Assembly (NCBI GenBank): GCA_907165135.1 | Contig: OU015569.1 | Coordinates: 7,502,001-7,566,000, forward strand | Reading direction: 5' to 3' | Origin: Oikopleura dioica | Taxonomy: Eukaryota > Animalia > Chordata | Length of the DNA: 64,000 nucleotides | Shown here: one piece after another, positions 50,101 through 63,500 of the stretch | Layout of the letters: each line of letters begins with the position of its first letter | How positions within the stretch are numbered: position 1 is the first letter of the stretch | Notes under the pieces: generated by a model | The model's database searches: none | What the model was told of the DNA's origin: nothing | Seen by the model: the letters and a program-made list of their open reading frames with translations, nothing else | Position numbers and translations under genes: made by a program

Positions 50101-53100
50101 ATTTGGCAGCGTCAGATGCGGGCGCGATGGGACGAGTCTCAGCAGCATTGCTTTGTAAATGCGTGCGATGCTCAATTCAAGTACTCGTACGAGTATTTGG
50201 GGAATACGCCCAGACTTGTTGTAACTCCATTGACGGATCGATGCTATATTACGCTCACACAGTCCTTGCACTTGATTATGGGCGGGGCTCCGGCGGGACC
50301 TGCCGGTACGGGTAAAACAGAAACGACGAAAGATCTTGGAAGGGCGATCGGGATCAAAGTCTACGTGTTCAACTGCTCTGAACAAATGGATTACAAGTCT
50401 GTTGGCAACATCTACAAAGGCCTGGCACAAACTGGCGCCTGGGGTTGCTTCGACGAGTTCAATCGAATCGCCATCGAAGTACTCTCAGTCGTTGCGGTGC
50501 AAGTGAAAACAATCCAAGATGCAATCAAGGACAAAAAAGAGCGTTTTGTCTTTGAAGGAGAAGAAATTCAACTCGTCCCAACAGTTGGCATCTTCATCAC
50601 AATGAATCCCGGATACGCCGGCCGAACAGAACTACCTGAAAATCTTAAAGCTCTCTTCCGTCCATGCGCTATGGTTGTTCCCGATTTTGAACTCATCGCT
50701 GAAAACATGCTGCTCGCGGAAGGCTTTTTGGAAGCGAAATATCTGGCAAAGAAATTTATCACGCTGTACACTCTTTGTAGAGAGCTGCTCTCGAAGCAAT
50801 TTCACTACGATTGGGGCTTGAGGGCGATCAAATCTGTTCTTGTTGTTGCCGGCAAACTCAAACGAGACGACAGACAGCGACCGGAAGATCAAGTTCTCAT
50901 GCGAGCACTGAGAGATTTCAACGTCCCGAAAATCGTGACTGACGATATGCCGATCTTCCTAGGCCTCATTGGAGATCTCTTCCCTGCTTTGGATGTTCCA
51001 AGAAAGCAAGATATTGAGCTTGAAAAAATGGTTAAAAAATCGGTGCTTGACTTGAAATTACAGGCAGAGGACTCTTTCTGTCTCAAGGTTGTCCAGCTGG
51101 AGGAACTTCTAAATGTGCGGCATTCAGTCTTTGTGATTGGTCACGCTGGAACTGGAAAATCCAAAATTCTCAAATCACTTCAGCGCACCTATCAGAATAT
51201 GAACAGGAAACCAGTGTGTGTTGACTTAAATCCAAAGGCGGTTTCTAATGATGAGCTTTTCGGAGTGATCAATCCAGCCACTCGAGAATGGAAGGATGGC
51301 CTCTTTTCGACGATCATGAGAGACATGGCTAACATTAGTCATAATGGACCGAAATGGATTTTGCTTGATGGTGACATCGATCCTATGTGGATTGAGTCCC
51401 TGAACACGGTGATGGATGACAACAAAGTACTCACTCTCGCGTCAAATGAGCGAATCCCACTCAATCCATCAATGCGACTTGTTTTTGAAATATCGAGTTT
51501 GAGAACAGCCACTCCAGCTACTGTTTCCCGAGCTGGTATACTGTTTCTTAACGCAAGTGACCTTGGCTGGAATCCCATTGTGACATCGTGGATTGAAACC
51601 CGCGAAATTCAAGCTGAACGAGCGAATATGATCATACTGTTCGAGAAATATGTTCCACCTTGTTTAGAAGCTCTGCGAACGAAATTCAAAACGATCACTC
51701 CTATTCCCGAGACGGCGTACTTGCATATGCTTTGTTATCTGATGGAGAGCCTCCTTACTCCTGAAAACGCGCCAGAGGGCTCAACAAAAGATATCTACGA
51801 GCTATACTTTGTTTGGGCTTGCGTATGGGCCTTTGGCGGTGCTTTGTTCCAGGATCAGCTTGTGGATCATCGAGTGGAGTTTTCCAAATGGTGGTGCGCT
51901 GAGTTCAAGACTATCAAGTTTCCAACAGCGGGAACTGTATTCGACTATTACATCTCTCCCGAACGCAAGTGGTGCCACTGGTCTGAGAAATGTGCGGAAA
52001 CTCAATTCAACTACGACCCGGATATGCCACTTCAGGCTACTATGGTACCAACTGCAGAGACCACAAGAGTTCGATTCTTTATGGACATGCTCATGGAACG
52101 CAAAAAGCCAGTCATGCTCGTTGGAGGCGCTGGGTCCGGCAAAACCGTGTTGATCCAGTCAAGACTTTCAAGTTTTGGGGAGGATTACGTGATCACAAAT
52201 GTGCCGTTTAACTTCTACACTTCCTCGATGATGTTGCAAAATGTACTAGAAAAGCCGCTAGAGAAAAAAGCTGGGCGAAATTTCGGGCCCCCAGGATCTC
52301 GTAAACTCGTGTATTTCATCGACGACATGAATATGCCAGAAGTTGATGAATATGGAACGGTCCAACCTCATACACTTATTCGACAGCATCTAGACTACAA
52401 CCACTGGTACGACAGAAGTAAACTTACCCTCAAGGAAATTCATAATTGTCAATATGTTGCTGCTATGAACCCAACTGCCGGTTCTTTTACCATCAATCCG
52501 CGCTTGCAACGACATTTTTCTGTTTTCGCCATTTCATTCCCTGGAGGAGATTCGCTGGAAAACATTTACAAACAGATTCTGACTCAGCATTTGACACTTA
52601 ATAAGTTCCATCCTTCTGTCATAAAACACTCAGATGCAATCATCAAGGCTGCTCTTGCTGTGCACACGCGCATTTCATCGACCTTTTTGCCCACACCAAT
52701 CAAGTTCCATTACAACTTCAACCTGCGCGACCTCTCCAACATCTTTCAAGGTGTTTTATTCGCCATTCCAGACATGATTAAAACTCCACTTGCGCTGAGC
52801 CGACTATACATGCACGAGGCTACGCGTGTTTACCATGATAAATTCACCGACGCTAAAGATATGGAGACTTTCGACGAGGTTCTGCGTGATATAGCAGTCA
52901 AAACATTCGACGACATGGAAGCAAGTGAACTGATGGCTTCGCCTAACAAGTTCTGTCACTTTTCTGTGGGCATCGGAGAACCTAAATACGGCCAAGTAGA
53001 AAGCTGGGAATCCATCAACAAAATCCTAGTTGATGCTCTTGAGGCTTACAACGATGTCAATGCCGCGATGAAACTTGTACTCTTTGAAGACGCGATGAGC

Positions 53101-56100
53101 CACGTTCTCAGAATAAATCGTATCCTCGAAATGCCCAGAGGAAATGCTCTCCTTGTTGGTGTCGGCGGTTCAGGAAAACAGTCGCTGTCTAGACTCGCTG
53201 CTTATATCTCCGGCCTTGATGTCTTCCAGATTCAGCTTCGAAAGGGCTACGGAATCGGTGATCTCAAAGTCGATCTCGCATCACAGTACATCAAAGCTGG
53301 AGTTAAGAACCAACCAATCATGTTTTTAATGACTGATGCGCAAGTTCCACAAGAAGATTTCCTTGTACTCATTAACGATTTACTTGCTTCGGGTGAGATT
53401 CCTGGGCTTTTCGCGGACGATGAAATCGACGAAATCATAAGTGCTGTGCGAAATGACGTTAAAGCCACGGGAATGGATGACTCAAGAGACAACTGCTGGT
53501 CTTTCTTCATTGATCGGGTTCGTCGAACGCTTAAGGTTGTGCTTTGCTTCTCACCAGTTGGAACGAAGCTTCGTGTACGAGCACGAAAATTTCCAGCACT
53601 AGTCAATTGCACTTCTATAGATTGGTTCCATGAATGGCCAGAAGAAGCTCTCAGAAGCGTGTCTCTAAGATTCCTTTCTGAGATAGAAGAGGTCCCAGAA
53701 GAGCTCAAAGTCTCCGTTTCCGAAACAATGTCATTTGTCCACTCTAAAGTCAATGAAATGTCGACAATCTATCGCGAAAACGACAGGCGATACAACTATA
53801 CTACGCCGAAGTCATTCTTGGAACAAATCAATCTCTACCAAAACCTTCTAAAAATGAAACGCGATGAGCTTTTGGCTAATATGGAACGTCTTGAAAATGG
53901 CCTTGAGAAACTTCGCTCGACAAGTAGTCAAGTTGACGACTTGAAAGGAAAATTAGCATCACAAGAAGTCGAGCTAAATGTCAAAAATGATAACGCAGAT
54001 AAATTGATCAAGGAGGTTGCAATCAAAAAGGAACTTGTCGATAAAGAAACTGCGGCGGCGGAAATCGAAGAAGAAAAAGTTAAGGTTATCCGCGAAGAAG
54101 TCGCCATCAAGCAAGCTGACTGCGAAAAAGATTTGGCTGCTGCTGAACCAGCACTCATTGCTGCGAAAGCGGCCCTTGATACATTAAACAGGGGCAATTT
54201 GACTGAATTAAGGGGGTTTTCAAAGCCCCCGGATGGCGTCGACAAAGTAACAGCCGCATGCATGGTTTTGCTTGCACCAGGTGGAAAGATTCCAAAAGAC
54301 AGAAGCTTCAACGCAGCAAGGAAAACTCTCATGACAAAAGTTGACGATTTCTTGAATAACCTTATCAACTATGACAAAGAAAATATTCCTGAAAGTGCCC
54401 TAAATGCTGTGAAGCCATATTTGAATGATCCAAGTTTCGACCCTAAAAAAATAGAGAAGAAATCTGTTGCAGCAGCCGGACTGTGCGCTTGGGCCATAAA
54501 TATTGTCGAGTACTATAGGATTTTTTGCGATGTTGAGCCAAAAAGGATCGCACTTGAAGAAGCAAATGAGAGAAAAGCCGAAGCGGAGGATAAATTTAAC
54601 AAAATTCAAGAGAAGCTTCAGAATCTTCGAGACAACATGAAAGAACTAACTGATCGATACGATGCTGCTACAGCTGAAAAACAAAAATGCCAAGATGAAG
54701 CTGATCAAACCGCAGCGACGATTGCGCTTGCGAACCGACTTGTTTCCGGACTTGCATCAGAGAATGTTCGATGGGCTGAAGCCGTTGAAACATTCCAAAA
54801 GAATGAGAAGATGCTTCCAGGAGACGTTCTTCTTATAACTGCTTTTATCAGCTACTTCGGGTACTTCACTAAAGCTTACCGTCGAGAGATGCTAGACGAT
54901 CACATCTTACCCTTCATCAAATCGTTAAAAACACCGATCCCGATAACAGAAGATCTTGATCCTATCAGAATGCTGACAGATGACGCCACGGTTGCTGGAT
55001 GGAATAACCAAGGACTTCCAGCCGATAGGATGTCCATGGAAAACGCGACAATTTTGTCTACTTGCGATCGATGGCCTCTGATGGTTGACCCCCAACTTCA
55101 AGGTATCAAGTGGATCAAGAAGAAGTTCGAAGGTAGTGGCTTTCATGTCGTCCGACTTGGCAATAAAGGATATCTTGACACAATTGAGCGTGCTGTTTCA
55201 AATGGAGACACGGTTCTTATTGAAAACCTCGGTGAGACAACAGATCCTGTTCTTGACCCATTGCTCGGACGAAACACCATCAAAAAGGGAAGATTCATTC
55301 AAATTGGAGACAAAGAAGTTGACTTCAATCCTAACTTCCGTTTGATTCTGCATACAAAACTCGCAAATCCTCACTATCAACCAGAAATGCAAGCTCAGTG
55401 CACACTTATAAATTTCACAGTGACTCGAGAAGGACTAGAGGACCAACTTTTGGCAGATGTTGTTGCTGCTGAACGACCTGATCTTGAAGCAGAGAAAGCG
55501 AAACTTACAACACAACAAAATGAGTTCAAAATCACACTGAAGGGACTCGAAGATAACCTTTTGGCGAGACTATCGTCTGCTTCTGGAAATTTCCTCGGTG
55601 ACCATGAGCTTGTCGAAAACTTGGAGACAACGAAGAGAACTGCTGCCGAGATTGAAATTCAAGTTGCAGAAGCTAAAATAACCGAAGAAAAGATTAATCA
55701 AGCTCGTGAGAACTATCGCCCTGCGGCAAATAGAGCATCTCTTCTCTACTTTATTCTTGACGATTTGAACAAGATTCACCCGATGTACCAATTCTCCCTG
55801 AAAGCTTTCAATGTAGTTTTTGCGAAGTCAATTGAGAGAGCTGAACAAGCTGAGCAAGTTAAAGCGCGTGTTGCTAATCTGATTGACTCGACCTCATATT
55901 CAGTCTATATTTATGCTTCTCGAGGTCTTTTTGAAAAGGACAAGTTGACTTTTACGGCGCAGATGGCATTCCAAGTTCTTTTGAATAGAGGTGAAATCGC
56001 CCCAGCAGAACTCGACTTTTTGCTACGCTTTCCAACAAAGTCAAATGTAACCAGTCCTGTCGACTTCTTGAATGATCAACTCTGGGGAGGTGTCCTATGT

Positions 56101-58238
56101 CTGTCAGAAATGGATGAATTCCGTGGATTGGAGAAAGACATCGAGGGTTCAGCTAAACGATGGAAGAAGTTTATCGAGTCGGAAGCTCCTGAGAAGGAGA
56201 AATTCCCTCAAGAATGGAAAAACAAATCACCGCTCCAAAAACTCTGCATGATGCGTTGTTTTAGACCCGATCGGATGACTTATGCAGTTACTGAATTCAT
56301 TTCAGATAAACTCCACCCGAAATACACTGAAAATAGATCAGTTCCATTTTCTCAGTCATTTGAAGAAACTGGCCCTGCCACTCCAACATTCTTCATTCTC
56401 TCGCCTGGTGTTGATCCTCTCAAGGATGTAGAAGCACTTGGCAGAAAACTCGGCTTCACTTTCGCAAAACGAAACTTTCATAACGTCTCTCTCGGACAAG
56501 GACAAGAAGTTGTAGCGGAGCAAGCGATGGAACAAGCAGCGAAGGAGGGGCATTGGGTTATTCTTCAAAATGTTCACTTAGTGGCGAAATGGCTGCCGAC
56601 TCTCGAAAAACTTTTGGAAGAATACGCTGAAGGCTCTCATCCAGATCTTCGTGTATTTTTGTCAGCCGAACCAGCTGGTTCGCCAGAATCTCATATCATC
56701 CCGCAAGGCATACTCGAAAACTCAATCAAGATCACAAACGAACCTCCAACTGGAATTTTGGCAAATTTACATAAAGCACTTGACAATTTCAACCAGGAAA
56801 CCTTGGAGCAGTGCTCAAGAGAGAACGAGTTCAAATCAATTCTGAATTCCGTTTGCTATTTTCACGCTGTTGTATCAGAGCGTACGAAATTTGGTCCTCA
56901 AGGAAGGGGTTCGAAAATTGATAAAGAAAAAATGAATTTTTTTCAATTTTTTTACGAGAAATTATAACATAATTGAACCACTTTAAAGGTTGGAACAGAG
57001 TTTACCCGTTCAATGCTGGAGATCTTACGATCTCAATCGACGTTCTGCTGAATTATCTTGAAGTTAACTCGAAAGTCCCATGGGACGATCTTCGATATCT
57101 CTTTGGCGAGATCATGTATGGCGGGCATATCACTGACGATTGGGATCGAAGACTTTGCAGGACGTATCTGCTTGAGTATATGAGCCCCGAGCAACTCGAA
57201 GGAGAGCTATTCCTCGCACCAGGTTACGCAGTTCCACCAAACTCGGACTATCAAGGATACCATGCGTATATTGACGAGAATCTCCCACCTGAAAGTCCTT
57301 ATCTTTATGGACTGCATCCGAACGCAGAAATAGGAGTGCTTACAAAAACCTCTGAGAATCTTTTCCGAACGCTGCTCGAGATGCAACCCAAAGACGCCGC
57401 TGCAAGTGGCGAGGGAGCAGTGACAATGGAAGAGAAAGTACAGCAAATTCTAGAAACTATCGCAGAGAAGCTGCCAGAAGAATTCGTCATGTACGAGCTA
57501 GCTGGTAGAGTCGAAGAGGTTACTCCATATACAGTAGTTGCACTGCAAGAAGCCGAACGTATGAACAATCTGTTGAACGAAATTTCATCATCGATCAAAA
57601 GCGTAAGCTTAGGGCTCAAGGGTGAACTTACAATCACGCCAGCGATGGAATCGTTGATGAATTCGTTCTTTATCGACCAAGTGCCAGAGTCCTGGCAGAA
57701 ACTTGCCTACCCATCTATGCTTGGCCTAACTGCCTGGTACGACGACTTTTTGAGCAGAATTCGATTCTTGGAAGCATGGGTTACTGATTTCGCAATGCCT
57801 AATACTGTTTGGTTGGGTGGCCTTTTCAACCCGCAATCCTTCCTGACTGCTATTATGCAAAGCATGGCCAGAAAGAACGAGTGGCCGCTCGATAAGATGG
57901 CACTTTCTGTTGACGTACTCAAAAAAACCGTAGAAGATATCCAGGCGCCACCTCGAGAGGGAACTTACTTGAGCAATCTGTTCATGGAAGGCGCTCGCTG
58001 GGACTCACAAGCTGGCTGCATCGCTGAGAGCAAATTGAAGGATCTTCTCCCTGCGATGCCTGTGCTTTACGTGAAAGCTGTGCCCATCGACCGACTAGAG
58101 ACTAAGAATATGTACGAATGTCCTGTCTACAAAACACAAGACCGCGGTCCTAACTTCGTGTGGACATTCAACCTGCGCACAAAAGATCACGAGAACAAAT
58201 GGATTTTGGGAGGAGTTGCTCTTCTCCTTCAGAACTAA
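44195..58238 (+). CDS. Axonemal outer-arm dynein heavy chain, beta type (DNAH9/11/17 family); two apparent 1-nt frameshifts in this assembly
   Basis: MADRDT|[16 protein letters not shown]|[19 protein letters not shown] start. P-loops [24 protein letters not shown] and GVGGSGKQ; stalk/MTBD; C-terminal [12 protein letters not shown]. Introns 44215-44351, 44397-44774, 44866-44908, about 45514-45557 and 56903-56988. Confidence 0.98.
56903..56988 (+). other. 86-nt non-canonical GA-AG intron in dynein
   Basis: Restores the conserved KFGPQG|WNRVYPFN: caa g|GAAGGG...TTAAAG|gt tgg. No GT donor gives the frame. Confidence 0.85.
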
Positions 58239-58333
58239 TTTCCGATCCGTGAAATATATTTTTGAATACACATCTTTATTCTTATTGCCAATCACTGTAA
58301 ATATCAAATCTACCTCAAATAAAGACCAAAAAA

Positions 58334-59520
58334 TCATACCCGAGCGTTTCTTATCACAAAAAAATAGTTGGAATGAGAAAGATTTTGCACTAGAAGTCTA
58401 CTTATCCTCCCATGCGCCCTAAAAGTCTGGCTAGCGTCTGAAGGCGACTTTAGTAAGTAGCATGAGGCGAGAGCCAAATGACCCTCGTGGGTTCGATTAA
58501 TTGACCCTTGAGTAAACAATTGTCTCCCAAGTTTTCTCCTAATTTCTGGCTTCTCCCTCTCACTAAACCAGCTCGTTCTATTCTTCCTCTTTTTGCGGAT
58601 ATCCTTTTCACGCGCGTATTTTTCGGCACTGATCCAAGCCAAAACACAATCACAGACAAGTTCTCAAAGACGCTATAAAACGCATAAGCGTGGCAACTTG
58701 ATCCCGAAAATCCCCTTTGAACATTTGGTAAACTGATAAATTTACGGGCTCTCATTTCCCCAAGCAGTATTTTTCGTAAACAACGTCCGCCAAAGCTCCA
58801 AGTAGAGCGAGTTCCTGAGCAGTTCAAATCTTTTCTCGCTGATGAGGCAGCATATTTTGCAAACCACAGCCATTGTAGTCGATCTTTTCTGTGCTGGAGA
58901 GGCTCCATTCAAACAGTACAACGAAACGGTTGAAAGTAACTTCTGAGGTTTTATCGACGTCTGGCCAAGATTGAAAAAATTCTCCCATGACTGTTTCCGA
59001 TCTGCCGCAATTTTCACAGGACTTGATTCTAGCGTTATTGGCTGATGTTTTAAATTGCCCGTCGCAAATTTTGAGCGATGGTGAGTTGAGGTCTAAAATT
59101 AGAAATTAGAAAATAAGCGAAAGTAAGACCGGTAATCGGCAGTGGCAAAACAGGAATCGCTGGATTTCGAGGGCGTCAACTGGGAGGATAATGAGCTGGA
59201 CAAGCTCGATATGAGCAGTCACGTGATCAATTGAGCGAGTTATATAATTTACACCATAATTTCCAGCGTCGGCGCGCCTCTTTGAAACAATTGAAGTGGG
59301 CATTCACTTCAAAATTATCAATTTCCATCATTAGCGATATCTTGTTTTGGGCCACTTTTGAACTTGGAGAGCGTCAATTAATCACAAAAACGATCATCCC
59401 TTCATTATCGATATCAAAGTGGTCTATCCCAACATATTTTTTCTTCGTCATTTACAGTAGCAAAGAATCAAGGAAAGAAATCAAATTTCATCAAAGAATT
59501 CTTCTGGTAGTCTTTGACTA
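58334..59520 (-). CDS. Unidentified gene convergent with dynein (coding-like exons)
   Basis: Overlapping minus-strand open frames 58334-58642, 58450-58908 and 58742-59017, plus further short coding-like blocks to about 59520. No family was recognised. Confidence 0.3.
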
Positions 59521-60227
59521 TTAGTCAAAGTAAAGTAAGCTAAGCCGGCTGGTGTTCGGAAATTTCCACAGATGGCGCTTTTCACTTGTTCTGGCAAAGG
59601 CGAAAGTTCCTCTGCTGCGTTGTTCAAATGTTTATTCTTCAAACAAATTCTTTTTTATTTTATTTTAAATTGGGCCTTTTCGATATTTGCCTCATAAAGG
59701 TCGCCTTCCACTAAAAAGTCTTAACTGTGTTATTGGAATAAATGGTGACAGCGGATCACATCTGCTTACAACGAGAAATACGGGTTCTCCGGGGACATTG
59801 AAACTTTCATGGAGATTTTACCTGCCATTCAAGGCTAAATAAAAGCTTCTTTCTACTACCGACTGTGCTCAAAATAAGTACTTTTATAGAATAATTCCAA
59901 GATATTGAATATTTATGCGCTGAAGACATAAAAGACAATAAAAGCTCATCGAACTATTAATTCTACTCATTTATGGCTAGAAACGTAAATAAAAACACAA
60001 ATTTTTTTGATTTTTGTGATGGCGCTCGCGCGCCCGAGGCATCTCAAACGGTGGCGCCCATGCACCCAGACTAATCGTGGACTTTCAATAACCTTAGTAT
60101 TGAACCCCTTGCCTGAAATATTTTTTAAAGTTACTGAAAATCATCCTCAATTTTAACTCAGCTGCAAGTTTTTTTTAAATATATCTCACTGAAAAGAGAG
60201 AAACGAAGACGATAAAGATATTTATCC

Positions 60228-60464
60228 ATCGAATATCGACTTGAAGAGAGAATCAGAGAGCTGGAAAGAGTAAATAAACAAACCTTCTACCGCCTTGAAA
60301 CCCTTGAATAGCAAAGAGAGTAACTGAAAATTATAAAAAGAAAATCACCATAAAAGAAAGAGAGAAGAAAAGAAAATCTGAAGCAGCACAATACCGGAGA
60401 TGCCATGAAAATCAAACAAGTCGATTATAACTACTTAGAATCGAAGTTAAAGAGATTCGATTGA
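60228..60464 (+). pseudogene. Decayed coiled-coil-like reading frame
   Basis: One frame reads IEYRLEERIRELERVNKQTFYRLETLE*QRE*LKIIKRKSP*KKERRKENLKQ...LESKLKRFD* with three internal stops. Confidence 0.3.
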
Positions 60465-60506
60465 GCATCCAAAACACACGAAAAGAGACATTTGATAAAA
60501 GAAGTC

Positions 60507-63500
60507 ATGAGGATTCGTCCTGTGCAGCTGGCACTAGCTACTGCAGCCATTGCTCAGCAAGGTAAGCGGGAAGGGGTTTTCTAAGTGAATTTGGCCAGTG
60601 TGGGAAAAACACATTTCTTGGCAGCGCGTATAATCAGCCCTCGATGTCAACTGGCGTCACGTATTTTCTGATCCCTTATTGATCTGGCTATTTCCACCCA
60701 AAAACGATAACGCTAAATAATATACAATGTATCAGATCAAATTTCCAATATTGTTAATTATGTTTAACTGTTTTGCCAAATCCGTGGAACTGACTTTTAG
60801 ACTTTGGCCTTGCGCATAATTAAAATAATATTTTTGTGAATGAAAACTTCAATTTCGATGATTTTATTGATCACTCCAAAGGGGTCGGCTGGAGACAAAA
60901 GGGTGGCTTGTGGAGAATCGCACGTTCCAAATAAATCTGTCGATTTCCGTTGAGAAATGTTCCTTTGCGCTCAGCACATTTCGTGTTGTAATAAAATAAG
61001 AGTGTCAATGCATTTGGGGTGCGTCCAAGTATGAGATCGTTGACATTCAGAGTCCATGTCGCGGCCAAGATTGTCTCTCTGACGGCCGACGCGCTGTCTG
61101 CCGAAAACTTTCGCGAAATGGCAGTTATATTTACGCTCATGTTTAGAAAGTAGGGATCAAAACAAGAAAGATATATTTTTGAAGAAATGCGATCCGGAAG
61201 TTTTGTGTCGATGACTGTACTTGAGCAAATGGAGGTCACAGCGATTGGCACTCTAGGTGCCAAGGGTACTCCGAGGACGATGCATAAGAATTTCCTAAAT
61301 TTCCCAAATTGACTTTTGAACACTCAGCAAGAGTGATAGCCTTGTAGGTGCAGGCGGTACTTGATCTAGTTGCGACTAATATTGATTTGCAGAATGGGAA
61401 GCTTTCCAAGATTCACTATCACAAATGCGCCCAAACAAAGCGCCTCCTGTACATCTTCGTATTTTAACAAAATTTTAGCTCAAACTCTCCGCCCCTCAGA
61501 TCCAAACGTTTGCGCCTCCACGAAAATCGTGAAGAAGCAGAAACGCCAGCCAGTAGTGAAGCAAGCTGACCGAACGAAAAAAGTCTGGAAGAAGAATTGT
61601 CCAAACGGGCAGCGATGGTGTATCGACTACGAAACCACGTAAGTGTTGTTCTGATATCGTTAGCTTTAAGAATTTTCCTCAAAATGTGCCAATAATGAAT
61701 ACAATGATCGTCTCGATTTCCGGTCAGTTTCCTGGCTCTGGCTCTTTATGTGCTCAAATTTCCGCAAATTTTAATGCCAGGAAGTTCAGAAGGGTCAACG
61801 TATTAACGAGCTTCTTGTGTTTGATTTTCGACTGGTTGATTTTGTGGATTCAGTTGCTCTCTTTAATTCAGCAGCTGCACAACACTAGAATATGAGCAAA
61901 TTGCTCCGAGCTTTCGAATCTTAACAATCCGATGGACATTTTTTTCGATAAGGCAAATAATAAATCGCCTGTTTTATTCGCATCCCAGTCTTAAAACCAG
62001 AAACGAGCGGATATGGGCGGCCATATAGAATTGACCTTGACAAAATTCTCCCATGTAGAATTCACTCCCTCAAATCAGCTTTCGTTTCAGCGAAAACATC
62101 GGCTTATTGCTTCACAAAATATATTTTGGTTTTGTGAAAGCATTTCTGGCGGAAGTAGACAACCTTTTGAGAAAGTTTTTATTGGCGTCAGGCCAGGGTT
62201 TTCGGCGCCCTATGAGATTTATACTGAAGTCACAAATAGGATTAAAGTTTATTGGATCTCTAGAATACGTTCTCACTTTTCGCGCTTACCGATATCGACT
62301 TACAGCACTTGTTGACTGTCAATTATTGCGTCTGCATTTCGAAAGTGTCCAAGTTCAAAGTAGAAGCTTCTTCATCAACTAGCGATTTAAACAATATGAT
62401 CTGTTAAATATTCCGGAATTCATGCTTCACTGGTCACTAATAAATCCTGAAGGAATATAAAAGTTATTGTAATTCGAATTTTATATTTCGGAATCTTCAA
62501 GTTCTTTTCAGCTCAGCGACGTCAAGACACCTTCCTCCACACTTTAAAACGGTGCTTCAAAAAAGGAGGATGCGTGGGATAAAATTAATAAAAAATGAAA
62601 TGTAGCTAGATGGCCTGGAAAGCCTCATTGTGGTGAGGTGGCTGGCTCATCTGTGGCTGGCTACGTAATTAGCTCCGACTGAGGTGATGCTCCGGTGTTG
62701 ACATAAATCTAACCGTCAATTCTGCGGCGCACTTCTTTGTATTTGCGGTGCTGAATACAGCGAGCGCGGACGCATACAGTGACGTTCGTGTTTGAGCAGC
62801 TGAACGCCAAAATTTCAGCAATTCTCTCTTCGCGCCTCTTCCTCACCTGTTCCTGGCAATATGATACTGTGTCTTCCTCTTGAACTAATACACTCTTTAG
62901 AACTTTAAACATAATACTATTCGCTGACAAAACATGAATTTTATTTGAAGAAATTTAAAGTTATTTCATTTCCCCGTGCAATGCTCAATTTTCGCAAAAT
63001 GGGTCAAAAATCACAAGCAATTATTTTTAATATTTTCCATTGGAAACGTTCCGATAATCGGTCAATTCTTAAGGAAGGTATTCTACACGACCTTCGAGCA
63101 AGTGACTGTGGATGAGGAAGTAACTGTCTATTCCTGTTGCGCCGGATGGGCAGAAGGAAGCGATCCTGGATGTACTGTACAAGTTTGCGGAGCGGGAGCT
63201 TGTTTTCACGGCGGCTATTGCTCCAAGGATGGCAAAAGGTAACGTCCTGAGCTTACGTTATGTTCTCTTTTTATTCTAGGAAATAGTTGTTAACTTATTT
63301 GCTTAGCTGTATTTGTAAAAATGGATGGACAGGAGACCGCTGTGAGCGAGATATTAATGAGTGCGAAGTCGGCAACGGACAGTGCTCGCACCAATGCTGC
63401 AACCTTGTAGGCAGTTACAAATGTAGCTGTCCACAAGGGTGGATTTTACTCGATGATGAGCGCACATGCTCTGACATCGACGAATGCCAGGAGCGGAACG

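Noticed and set aside
45031-57922. Numerous antisense and alternate-frame ORFs within dynein (and similarly within TRPM and SLC26)
   Set aside because: These are shadow ORFs expected from codon bias of long coding exons.
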